DNA of 23,185 nucleotides from an uncultured virus (IMG/VR IMGVR_UViG_3300017989_000063) (lineage: Duplodnaviria > Heunggongvirae > Uroviricota > Caudoviricetes). How positions within the stretch are numbered: the first letter of the stretch is position 1; each line of letters begins with the position of its first letter. The notes under the pieces are model-generated. The model saw only the letters and a program-made list of their open reading frames with translations. It had not been told where the DNA came from and did no database searches. A program made the position numbers and the translations under genes. Location of the stretch: the IMG/VR virus record IMGVR_UViG_3300017989_000063; one strand, 5' to 3'. This document shows, piece after piece, positions 15,988-23,185 of this stretch.

Positions 15988-16474
15988 CTCGGGCCCGTCG
16001 TACCTCTCGAATGAGTCCGAGAACATCGGCCCAACGGAGAATAGCGTATTGGCCGACGGCTTGGGCGCCTTCCGTGAAGTCGAACTGGAAGACTGGAACT
16101 TGGGCGTCTTCCGCTGCCTCGGCGAAGATCTTTTCAAGCTCGTCCCGCCGAACCGTGATTGAGGCGCGGCCTGTGGTTTTGAACTCATGTCGGAACCCCT
16201 CGTAGTGGTCGCTCGCGTCGGACTTCAGTCGCCAGTCGGACCCGGAGCGTTGATGTCGTTTCGCCCCGGCCTCCTTCGACCGGCGCCTCTCCTGCTTCTT
16301 GGACCGACGCTGTCCCCGCGACCTCTTGGGCCTAGATCGCGGGGACGCTCGTCGGAGAGCCTTATACGGGATTAGCGCCCCGCATTCCGTGCACCTAGCG
16401 TGGAACATGAACGTCCGAGCCGCCCGCAGGGACTGCTTGCCGCACTCCGTGCAGGTAGCCTTAGAGAGGTCCAT
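15974..16474 (-). CDS. Zinc ribbon plus Hjc-like PD-(D/E)xK Holliday junction resolvase, 166 aa
   Basis: CTECG...CTECG. KKQE...SGS...KSD...EFKTT...LEKIFAEA...PVFQFDF pattern of phage Hjc-like nucleases. Confidence 0.7.
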   Translation of the reverse strand: MDLSKATCTECGKQSLRAARTFMFHARCTECGALIPYKALRRASPRSRPKRSRGQRRSKKQERRRSKEAGAKRHQRSGSDWRLKSDASDHYEGFRHEFKTTGRASITVRRDELEKIFAEAAEDAQVPVFQFDFTEGAQAVGQYAILRWADVLGLIREVRRARGEDE

Positions 16475-17816
16475 AGCGCCGATCTCCCATCCCCGCGGCC
16501 TTCATCACCTCGGCCCGGAGGTAGCCCTGCAGGTTGGGCATCTGCACGAGCTCTTCCTTGAACGCCGGCAGACCCTGGCCCTTGATGAGTGGGTCGTCCG
16601 GATCCTGGCTCGGTCCGAGAAGCGAGTACCAGGAGCCTTTCTTCTGCACGACGCCGTGGAGGACGCCCATCAGCGTCATGTCGGCGAGGACGTCGGCTCC
16701 CGTACCGAAGTCGAAGACGAACTTGCCCTTGGCTCCCTCGTGACCGCCGGCCTTCTGCTTGATGACGTTCCAGTGGATCATCTTCGAGCGGGCGTCCCGG
16801 AACTCCTTGATGATCTCGTCCTCGTGCTCGATGCTGCCACTCTCCATGTAGAGGTTGGCCATGTTGTGGTGCTTGATCGACCAGCCGCCCTGCTCGCTCA
16901 TCTCCTGGCGAGGGCCGAAGGCGAAGCGGGAGCCGCCCACGTTGACGCGGTACTGGTTGATGAAGAGGAGGGTGGTCTCGTTGCTGCGGCCGTCGGCGTC
17001 GAGGCGGTTCATGATCGCCTGGTACTTGTGCATGAACTTGGTGTTGACAGACGAGGCGCCGGCGTAGGTGTCGTCCTCCATCGTGCCCTCGGCCTCGAGG
17101 GCGGGCAGCATCGCACCCAGGCTGTCCACGATGATGACCTGGAAGACGTTGGCCGCCACGGCCCGGAGGACGGCCTCGTAGAGGTTCTCCGCGGTGTCGG
17201 CCACGATCTCGGAGACGCCGGCCCCCACCTGGTCGCGGAAGAAGTCCAGCTCCTCGGGAGAGAAGCCGGTGAACTCGGGATCGTTCCGCTTGCGGACTGT
17301 CTCGAGCTCGTAGATCTCGTTCTCGGACAGCGCGGTGCGCACACCGATGGACGGGCTCTTCACCCAGAGCTTGTCGAAGCGGTTCTCCGTGAGGGCGACG
17401 GCGCCGGCGAAGCCATCCCCGTAGTAGCGCTGGACCTCGGCCATCGAGTGGAACGCCAGCCACGTCTTGCCCGAGGAGGGCTTGCCGATGATCTGGCTGG
17501 GGCCGCCGGCGGCGAACCCACCGGCGAGCGCGATGTCGAGGCTCAGCAGCCCCGTTGGCCGGCGCAGGGTGAGGTAGGGGAGGACGTAGTCCTTGCCGAG
17601 CGTGAGCCGAGCCGAGCCCTTGGTGGCCGTCTGGATCTGCTCCTGGACAAGCCTCACCTGGGCCTTGACGCTCAGCTTGGGAGCCTGCTTCTTCTTGGAT
17701 GCCTTCTTCGCCGGCTTCTTGGCGGTCTTCTTCGGCGTCTTCTTCGCCGGCTTCTTGGCAGCCTTGGCGCCCTTTTTCGCGGGCTTCTTAGCCGCGGTCT
17801 TCTTCGCTGTCGCCAT
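16461..17816 (-). CDS. recA: Phage RecA/UvsX-like recombinase with Lys/Ala-rich N-terminal extension, 451 aa
   Basis: PTGLLSLDIALAGG, Walker A GKPSSGKT, Walker B IIVDSLG, FINQYR, GGWSIKH, VIKQKAG, KKGSWYS...QG. SD GGAGG. Confidence 0.93.
   Translation of the reverse strand: MATAKKTAAKKPAKKGAKAAKKPAKKTPKKTAKKPAKKASKKKQAPKLSVKAQVRLVQEQIQTATKGSARLTLGKDYVLPYLTLRRPTGLLSLDIALAGGFAAGGPSQIIGKPSSGKTWLAFHSMAEVQRYYGDGFAGAVALTENRFDKLWVKSPSIGVRTALSENEIYELETVRKRNDPEFTGFSPEELDFFRDQVGAGVSEIVADTAENLYEAVLRAVAANVFQVIIVDSLGAMLPALEAEGTMEDDTYAGASSVNTKFMHKYQAIMNRLDADGRSNETTLLFINQYRVNVGGSRFAFGPRQEMSEQGGWSIKHHNMANLYMESGSIEHEDEIIKEFRDARSKMIHWNVIKQKAGGHEGAKGKFVFDFGTGADVLADMTLMGVLHGVVQKKGSWYSLLGPSQDPDDPLIKGQGLPAFKEELVQMPNLQGYLRAEVMKAAGMGDRRYGPL
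17676..17816 (-). repeat. Histone-H1-like low-complexity repeat (AKKP/AKKT) at the RecA N-terminus
   Basis: MATAKKTAAKKPAKKGAKAAKKPAKKTPKKTAKKPAKKASKKKQAPK: 21 Lys in 47 aa, with AKKPAKK three times. Confidence 0.9.
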
Positions 17817-18042
17817 CGAGCTTCCTCCTCTCCTCTTCGATCTTATGGTCGAGCTCGTTCACCAGGGCCTGCGCGGCCTCCCGCTCCTTCTCCAGGATCC
17901 GAATCCTGTGAGGGGTGGCCTCCGGCACCTTGCAGGTCATCACGCGGTCGCAGGTGTCACAGGCGTCGCAGTACCGGCGGGCGTCCCAGCACCCGGTGTC
18001 GAGCTCGGAGCTGTCGACGATCGCTATCTGCGGTCCGCTCAT
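17788..18042 (-). CDS. Small Cys-cluster plus coiled-coil protein, 84 aa
   Basis: ATGA overlap with GGAGG SD. C-x6-C-x2-C-x2-C-x5-C followed by a heptad helix. Confidence 0.75.
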   Translation of the reverse strand: MSGPQIAIVDSSELDTGCWDARRYCDACDTCDRVMTCKVPEATPHRIRILEKEREAAQALVNELDHKIEEERRKLDGDSEEDRG

Positions 18043-18212
18043 TCCTCCTCCGGCTTCTTCTCGAACGGCGCAGTGCCGTGGTTCGGGCAGATGACGACCT
18101 GGCCGTGGACCTCGCACTCGGCCCCGCAGATGGGGCAGAGCGGCTTGCCAGAGGCCGACTTCTCCAGCTCGTCGAGAGGGGTCTGAACGTTCCCGTGCTT
18201 CTCCATGCCCAT
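18039..18212 (-). CDS. Zinc-ribbon microprotein, 57 aa (not in ORF track)
   Basis: Manual translation MGMEKHGNVQTPLDELEKSASGKPLCPICGAECEVHGQVVICPNHGTAPFEKKPEEE*. SD AAGGAG at the end of the HU gene. Stop overlaps the next ATG. Confidence 0.8.
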   Translation of the reverse strand: MGMEKHGNVQTPLDELEKSASGKPLCPICGAECEVHGQVVICPNHGTAPFEKKPEEE

Positions 18213-18215
18213 GAT

Positions 18216-18539
18216 CTACTCCTTGTCCACGAGGGCCTCGCGGAAGGCCTTGCAGGGGGAGAACTTCACCACGAGCTTGCCGGGCACGTCGACCTCCTCG
18301 CCGGTGGCCGGGTTCCGAGCCGTGCGCGGTTTGCGGTAGGAGGAGGTCAGCTTCCCGAGGCCGGGGATGGTGACGTAGTTGGACGGTGACTCGGCCAGGT
18401 GGGCAGCGGTGGCCTCGCCCATCGAATCGAGGAAGATGCGCACCAGCTTCTTCGTGCTGGTCCGGGCGTTGAGAGCCCCGTCCTCGGCTCTGGTGGCCAT
18501 CTTCTGCATGATCCTGTCCACGAACTCGGAGATACCCAT
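18216..18539 (-). CDS. HU/IHF family DNA-binding protein, 107 aa
   Basis: VTIPGLGKL...RKPRTARNPATGEEVDVPGKLVVKFSPCKAFREAL is the HU arm signature. ATG 18539 with AAAGGA SD. Confidence 0.92.
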   Translation of the reverse strand: MGISEFVDRIMQKMATRAEDGALNARTSTKKLVRIFLDSMGEATAAHLAESPSNYVTIPGLGKLTSSYRKPRTARNPATGEEVDVPGKLVVKFSPCKAFREALVDKE

Positions 18540-18577
18540 GGTACGTTCCTTTCTACATTGGCGCTCTGACACGCCGG

Positions 18578-20512
18578 TTACTTGGCCTCACCCCAGTCGT
18601 CCACGATGTGCAGGTCGACCGGCAGGGGGACGGAGAGGGGCTCCTCGAACACGTTCTCCATGTTGCTCTGGATGATGGGGAGCGCCTCGTCGGCGTTCTC
18701 CTCGGGAACCTCGAAGACCAGCTCGTCGTGCACCTGCAGGATCATGTCGCAGTCGAGCTGCTTCAGGCGTCCATCGAACTCGCACATCAGCATCGCTTCC
18801 ATCGCGATGTCGGCCGCGCTGCCCTGGATGCGGCTGTTGACGGCTTGGCGCTCGGCGCCGGACCGAAGGCCGTAGTCGCGGTAGGCGATGGCCGGCAGGC
18901 GACGGTAGCGGCCCATGAGGGTCCGGACGTACTTCACTCGCCGGCACTCCTCGATGGTCTCGTCCATCCAGCGGTTGACCCCCGGGTAGGTGCCGAGGTA
19001 GGCCCGCCGCTTCTGCTCCGCCTCACGGACAGGAATGCCGAGCTGACCGGACAGACCCTTGGCCTGCTCGCCATAGACGATGCCGAAGCCGATGGTCTTG
19101 GCGATGGTCCGACACAGCAGGAGCTCCTTGTCGTGCTCCGTCAGGTCCTCCTTGTTCTTCTTCTTGGCCGCGATGATCTCCTCGTAGGCCACCCCCAGCA
19201 TCATCGAGGCTGTGAACGAGTGCATGTCCAGGCCGTCGAGGATGGCATTGATCATCTTCTGGTCGCCGCTGTAGTGGGCGAGGATCCTCATCTCCAGCTG
19301 CGCGTAGTCACCGACGATCAGCTTGCGTCCGGGAGGCGCGATGAATGCCTGCCGGATACCGAACTTGTCCTTGGCCGGGTTGGGGATGTTCTGGAGGTTC
19401 GGCTCCCGTGAGGACAGGCGCCCGGTCACGGGCCTGCCGAACGAGGTGTGGATGCGGAAGTTCTCGTCGTGGGCGTTGAGCAGCCCCTTGACGTAGGTGC
19501 CGTAGATCTTGGAGACGCCACGGAACTCCTTGAGCTTCTGCACCCAGAACCGGATGTGCTCGTCGTCGCTGGCTGCCCACTCTGCGATGACGTCCTTGTC
19601 GGTGGAGGGCTTCTTGTTGCCGCTCTTCCCGCCGGAGGTCATCTTCACGATAGGGGCGTCGAGGTGGTTGATGAAGAAGTCCGCGACCTGGTCGGGGCTG
19701 CTCAGCTTGATCGCGTGTCCCACCTCCTGGGCGAAGTCGGCCTGCAGCCGGTCCATGTCCTCGACCATCGGCGCTTCCAGTGTCCGGAGGTAGCCGGGCC
19801 AGATGAGCATCCCTCGGTGCTCCATGTTGAAGAGCGTGCGGGCGAACGGCACTTCCCGCTCCAGGTACCAGTTCCAGGAGGTGTAGTTCGAGGCGATCTC
19901 GATCTCGTCGAGGGCTGGGATGTATCCGTCCCACCCCTCCGCTCCGAACACCAGCGCCCTCGAGCCCCAGGCGTCTCCACTGGCGTAGTCGGCCGCGGCG
20001 TCGGGGTCGTTGACGAGGACACGGTAGATTCGGTCTATCGTGGTATCTTCGGGCTGCCCGCGCTTCTTGCGCTGCTTGGGGAACACCTCGTTGAACGGGA
20101 GCATGTTCATCCCGAGATGGTCTTCGCAGGTCTCCTTGAGGCCGTGGCGGTTGGCCCGCCTCTCCTCGTCGAGGAGCCAGTCCATCGTGAGGGTGTCCCA
20201 AAGGTCGCCTCGAAGGTCGATTCCAGAGTTGGCGAGCATGTGTCCGTCGAACCGGGTGTTGGTCCCGATCCAGATTCTCTCCGGGTCCTCCAGCAGAGGT
20301 CGGAAGAACGGGAGCACATACCTCGTGAGGCAGTATCGTTTCTCTTCGTCCGCGAGGGACCAGAGGACCACCGAATCGAAAGCGATGTTCTTGCCGGTGG
20401 TCTCTGTGTCGATCCCGAGGGGGATCTTCTTCTTGAGGAGCAAGTCGAGAAGCTCGATGGCATCTTCCTCGGTCTCGATCATGATCGGTATCGGCATCTG
20501 GACTAGAGCCAT
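18578..20512 (-). CDS. polA: Family A DNA polymerase (3'-5' exonuclease plus polymerase, no 5'-3' exonuclease), 644 aa
   Basis: ExoI DTETTG, ExoII NTRFD, ExoIII YASGD, TGRLSSREPNLQNIP, motif A DYAQLEMRILAH, motif B RTIAKTIGFGIVYG, motif C LQVHDELVFE. SD AGGAGG. Confidence 0.97.
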   Translation of the reverse strand: MALVQMPIPIMIETEEDAIELLDLLLKKKIPLGIDTETTGKNIAFDSVVLWSLADEEKRYCLTRYVLPFFRPLLEDPERIWIGTNTRFDGHMLANSGIDLRGDLWDTLTMDWLLDEERRANRHGLKETCEDHLGMNMLPFNEVFPKQRKKRGQPEDTTIDRIYRVLVNDPDAAADYASGDAWGSRALVFGAEGWDGYIPALDEIEIASNYTSWNWYLEREVPFARTLFNMEHRGMLIWPGYLRTLEAPMVEDMDRLQADFAQEVGHAIKLSSPDQVADFFINHLDAPIVKMTSGGKSGNKKPSTDKDVIAEWAASDDEHIRFWVQKLKEFRGVSKIYGTYVKGLLNAHDENFRIHTSFGRPVTGRLSSREPNLQNIPNPAKDKFGIRQAFIAPPGRKLIVGDYAQLEMRILAHYSGDQKMINAILDGLDMHSFTASMMLGVAYEEIIAAKKKNKEDLTEHDKELLLCRTIAKTIGFGIVYGEQAKGLSGQLGIPVREAEQKRRAYLGTYPGVNRWMDETIEECRRVKYVRTLMGRYRRLPAIAYRDYGLRSGAERQAVNSRIQGSAADIAMEAMLMCEFDGRLKQLDCDMILQVHDELVFEVPEENADEALPIIQSNMENVFEEPLSVPLPVDLHIVDDWGEAK

Positions 20513-20525
20513 CTTCTCCTCCTGT

Positions 20526-20555
20526 GGGGGCCCGGGACGCGTGCCCCGGGCCCCC
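20526..20555. promoter_or_regulatory. Perfect 11-bp GC inverted repeat between the SSB-like gene and the polA SD
   Basis: GGGGGCCCGGG-ACGCGTGC-CCCGGGCCCCC, with no U tract on either side. Confidence 0.65.
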
Positions 20556-20574
20556 GGGGATGTTCAGGTCAGGG

Positions 20575-21774
20575 TCAGCTCCGCTGGTAGTCGCGCACCT
20601 GGTCGCCCGAGGCGCCGGCCATGTGGGGGCTGCGGAAGCCCTTCCAGGCCTTCTTGATCTGCTCGGCCTGCATGTTCAGCGTGCGGGCATCGTCGCTCGT
20701 GGTGAGCAGGTTCTCGAAGTCGAACTGCTTCATGTAGGGCTCGACGTCCTTGTGCCAGTGCAGCAGGTCGGCGCCGGTCTCGGGATCGGTGTCGACCACG
20801 AGGAGTGGCTCGTCGTCGGTCGGCAGCTTGTAGTTGGTGGCTGCCATCGCCTTGACCATCGAGATGGCCGAGGACGTGCCCTTGCCCGTCTTCTTCAGCC
20901 AGATGATGGCCGGCACACCGCCGGGGATCGGGTCCAGGCACAGCCGGGTGGGCTCGTTGCAGGAGCTGCAGGAGCAGATCTCGAACGGCTCGTCCCGGGC
21001 GCCGCAGGCCGGGCAGGTACGAGGGCTGCTGGCGAACTTGGCGATCTGGTCGTTGGTCAGCTGCTCGTGGGGCGGCTTCTCCGCGTCCGCCTCGAGGTCG
21101 AGCAGAGGCGTCATGCAGTGGCGGCACATGTACTGGGTCGCCGTGAGCTCGCCGCCGCAGGAGCAGGAGTAGAGCAGCTCGCGGTCGATGCTGAAGAGGT
21201 TGTCGAGGTGGTTCGGGCCCAGGCCCTGGTAGCGCTTGGCGCCGAAGACCCTCTCGTGCCTCTCGGCGCAGTGCTGGCAGCCGCGGCCCTCGCAGGGGAC
21301 CTTGTCCATGACCGGCTTGCCGGCGTTCTCGCCGCGCGAGTAGGTCTTGACCTGGCCGGTGTCCTCGTCGACGACGGGCACCAGATGCCACCAGGTCAGG
21401 ACCACGCCGCCGACCGCGGCGAAGATGCGCTGCTTGACGGTGACGCCCTGGGGCGGCTTGTTCTCCTCGGCGTAGCAGCCGTTGCACTTGTTCTGGGAGA
21501 ACTCGTCGTGGCCGCGAGAGCAGAGGAAGCTCCCCAGGAAGTTGCCCCCGCTGAGCACGCTGTGCTCGAGGTAGGGGTAGTAGGGGATCTCCTTGGTCGG
21601 GTCCCGCGGGTCCTTGTAGTTGGCCGGGATGAACAGGAACGGCTCGCCGCGGGGATTCTCCTCCTCGAGCGGCGGCCGCCACTGCTGGCGCCAGTGGAAC
21701 TTACCACCCCCGCCGCGGCGCTTGCGGTAGGTTTGCTCCCGGTCCTGATGTCTGCTGAAGCCTCCGAATCCCAT
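20575..21774 (-). CDS. Putative gp32-like single-stranded DNA-binding protein with multiple extra zinc sites, 399 aa
   Basis: Position between primase and polymerase. H71-C85-C97-C100 spacing is like the T4 gp32 zinc site. WLKKTGKGTSS resembles the late OB-fold hairpin. 16 Cys in total. Very strong codon bias. Confidence 0.6.
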   Translation of the reverse strand: MGFGGFSRHQDREQTYRKRRGGGGKFHWRQQWRPPLEEENPRGEPFLFIPANYKDPRDPTKEIPYYPYLEHSVLSGGNFLGSFLCSRGHDEFSQNKCNGCYAEENKPPQGVTVKQRIFAAVGGVVLTWWHLVPVVDEDTGQVKTYSRGENAGKPVMDKVPCEGRGCQHCAERHERVFGAKRYQGLGPNHLDNLFSIDRELLYSCSCGGELTATQYMCRHCMTPLLDLEADAEKPPHEQLTNDQIAKFASSPRTCPACGARDEPFEICSCSSCNEPTRLCLDPIPGGVPAIIWLKKTGKGTSSAISMVKAMAATNYKLPTDDEPLLVVDTDPETGADLLHWHKDVEPYMKQFDFENLLTTSDDARTLNMQAEQIKKAWKGFRSPHMAGASGDQVRDYQRS

Positions 21775-22732
21775 GTGTTCTTCTCCATTCTCCAGGGTTC
21801 TTGGGGCGACTGAGCACCCTCTCCAGGTATCGAGGTTTCAAGTCGTCGGGTTGTAGATCAGGGTCGTCTGTCCCGTAGTCCACTATCTTCACCGGCAGTC
21901 TGCCTTCTAGGCGACCGGCGCTCTTGCTCGCGCCGATCTTGCCGGGCTTGTTGTTGTCAAGGAAGAACATCACCGGGCGGCCCATCTTGATGAGGATGTC
22001 CCTCTGGCGGTTCGACATCACGGTTCCCTGCTGGGCCACCGTCGTGAGGTGCCCATGCTGTCGAAGCCACAGGCCGGCCTTGAAGCCCTCCACCACGATG
22101 ACAGGCCCGGTCGTCTCCCGGACCACTCGATGGGCCATCCAGAGGAACTTGTGATTGTCGAAGTCGTAGTCGAACGGCACGAAGTCCCCGAGTACCGAGC
22201 GGATGACCTCGTCCAGGTAGACCTGGTACTTGGGGAGTTGCCCCTCGTAGAGTGGGCCGCCTACGAGGCCAGCGAGGTTCCCGTACAGGTCCCTCACCGG
22301 CCACGTCACGCGGCTGTTGATGACGTCTGCGCCGACCTCGTGCTCCTGCATGGCCGACTCTCGGAAGCCTGCCTGCACCAGGTGCACGGGACACCGCCGG
22401 AACGCTCCGAGGGTCCAGTCCGGCAGCGGGAACGGAGTCTCGAAGCGGTTGCGGCGGATGAACGACTCTCGGCGAGGAGCCTCGAACTCCATCCCCTCGA
22501 GCAGCCTCTCGACGAGCTGCTTCGGGACACGGACCTCGAGCAGTAGACGGTAGAGCGTCCCCGTCCAGCCGCAGGTGAAGCACTGGCCGACTCCTTTGGT
22601 CTCCGAGAAGCTGAACGACGGGTGTTTCTCCTTGCCTCCCTTGTGGAACGGGCATCGGAGCTGGATGTTGTTCCCTCGCTTCCGGATCCGGCTGTCGACG
22701 TACTTCTGGATGATGGCTGCGACGTCCTTCAC
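21701..22732 (-). CDS. DnaG-type primase (CHC2 zinc finger plus TOPRIM), 343 aa
   Basis: CPFH...HPSFSF...CFTCG; RVTWPVRD; VIVVEG; FFLDNNKPG; QPDDL. Directly downstream of the helicase. Confidence 0.88.
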   Translation of the reverse strand: MKDVAAIIQKYVDSRIRKRGNNIQLRCPFHKGGKEKHPSFSFSETKGVGQCFTCGWTGTLYRLLLEVRVPKQLVERLLEGMEFEAPRRESFIRRNRFETPFPLPDWTLGAFRRCPVHLVQAGFRESAMQEHEVGADVINSRVTWPVRDLYGNLAGLVGGPLYEGQLPKYQVYLDEVIRSVLGDFVPFDYDFDNHKFLWMAHRVVRETTGPVIVVEGFKAGLWLRQHGHLTTVAQQGTVMSNRQRDILIKMGRPVMFFLDNNKPGKIGASKSAGRLEGRLPVKIVDYGTDDPDLQPDDLKPRYLERVLSRPKNPGEWRRTHGIRRLQQTSGPGANLPQAPRRGW

Positions 22733-22733
22733 A

Positions 22734-23183
22734 TCATCCTCTCTTCCTCAGCCTCGCCCCGAATCGACTCGTGCCGTCCTGTGTCTGACGAGGACGCCGC
22801 TTGCGAGGCTCTCCGTCTCCGCCCTCTTCGGGCTGCTCGTCTTCCTGGAGCAGTCGGATCTCGGAGAAGTCGGTGGCCGGGTTGCCGTGGATGACGAGGC
22901 CCGCCATGTCTATCTCTCGGGCCGCGGCGATGATGAGGCTCAGCTGGATGCCCTCCTCCTTCTTCTCCTTGATGACTCGCACCGAGAGGTCGCAGTCCTG
23001 GGTGAATGCGTCGGCGTAGGCCTGCTCCGCGGTGTTCTGCCCGCGAGTCTTCTCGGCCGACACCTTCGCCTGGTTGGTGCAGACGATGGGGATCTCGAAC
23101 AGCCGGGCCGTGTGCTTGATGTCGTGGCTGATCTGGTACTGGTTCTCCCAGTTGGAGTCCGGCTTCTTGCTGCCCGGGACCTT
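22734..23183 (-). CDS. DnaB-like replicative helicase, C-terminal part (truncated by window)
   Basis: Frame is open to the window edge. Manual translation gives ISHDIKHTARLFEIPIVCTNQ (motif H3-like) and AYADAFTQDCDLSVRV (motif H4-like). Confidence 0.85.
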   Translation of the reverse strand, partial: KVPGSKKPDSNWENQYQISHDIKHTARLFEIPIVCTNQAKVSAEKTRGQNTAEQAYADAFTQDCDLSVRVIKEKKEEGIQLSLIIAAAREIDMAGLVIHGNPATDFSEIRLLQEDEQPEEGGDGEPRKRRPRQTQDGTSRFGARLRKRG

Positions 23184-23185
23184 CA

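Larger units (their letters stand above)
1..23185. mobile_element. Segment of a tailed dsDNA bacteriophage or prophage: late/structural block (+) converging on replication-recombination block (-)
   Basis: Dense operons with overlapping or abutting stop/start codons. Fibre-like and holin-like genes on +; helicase, primase, SSB, PolA, RecA and nucleases on -. No cellular housekeeping context. No integrase or att site in the window, so lifestyle is undetermined. Confidence 0.93.

Noticed and set aside
15988..16188. 67-aa N-terminal extension of the Cas4-like ORF given in the track
   Set aside because: Overlaps the catalytic half of the Hjc-like gene and is low-complexity; GTG 15987 near the upstream stop fits the operon's coupling pattern better.
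16299..21813. Long + strand ORFs (16299-18389, 19448-20506, 20524-21813; likewise 14010-15131)
   Set aside because: Antisense to clearly identified recA, polA, SSB-like and nuclease genes; expected in GC-rich DNA.
16461..23183. Inteins, introns or homing endonucleases in recA, polA, primase or helicase
   Set aside because: Motif spacing is continuous and lengths are ordinary; no intein termini or LAGLIDADG/HNH motifs seen.
1..23185. tRNA, rRNA or sigma70-type promoters
   Set aside because: Intergenic gaps are all under about 65 nt, with no cloverleaf or convincing -35/-10 pair; promoters probably lie outside the window.

Overview
High-GC fragment of a tailed dsDNA phage or prophage, with two gene blocks converging near 12.55 kb. 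The + strand (1-12615) holds late genes: a >1545-aa virion protein cut by the window edge, two proteins ending in a head/capsid-fibre-like domain, a 726-aa tail-fibre-like protein, and two clusters of small holin- or spanin-like membrane proteins. No endolysin is visible. The - strand (23185-12569) is a tightly coupled replication/recombination operon: DnaB-like helicase (partial), DnaG-type primase, Cys-rich gp32-like SSB, family A DNA polymerase, HU, RecA with a histone-H1-like tail, Hjc-like resolvase, Cas4-like nuclease, UvsY-like protein, RusA-like protein and several Cys-rich microproteins. The most notable observation is a candidate programmed -1 frameshift in the last gene of the - strand operon. 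A G_GGA_AAC heptamer, 7-nt spacer and GC-rich hairpin would add a 75-aa extension that is absent from the ORF track and ends 14 nt before the operon terminator. A degenerate MshEN-like protein and a myxobacterial-type Cys motif weakly suggest a Myxococcota/deltaproteobacterial host. All family calls come from reading motifs by eye; no searches were run.
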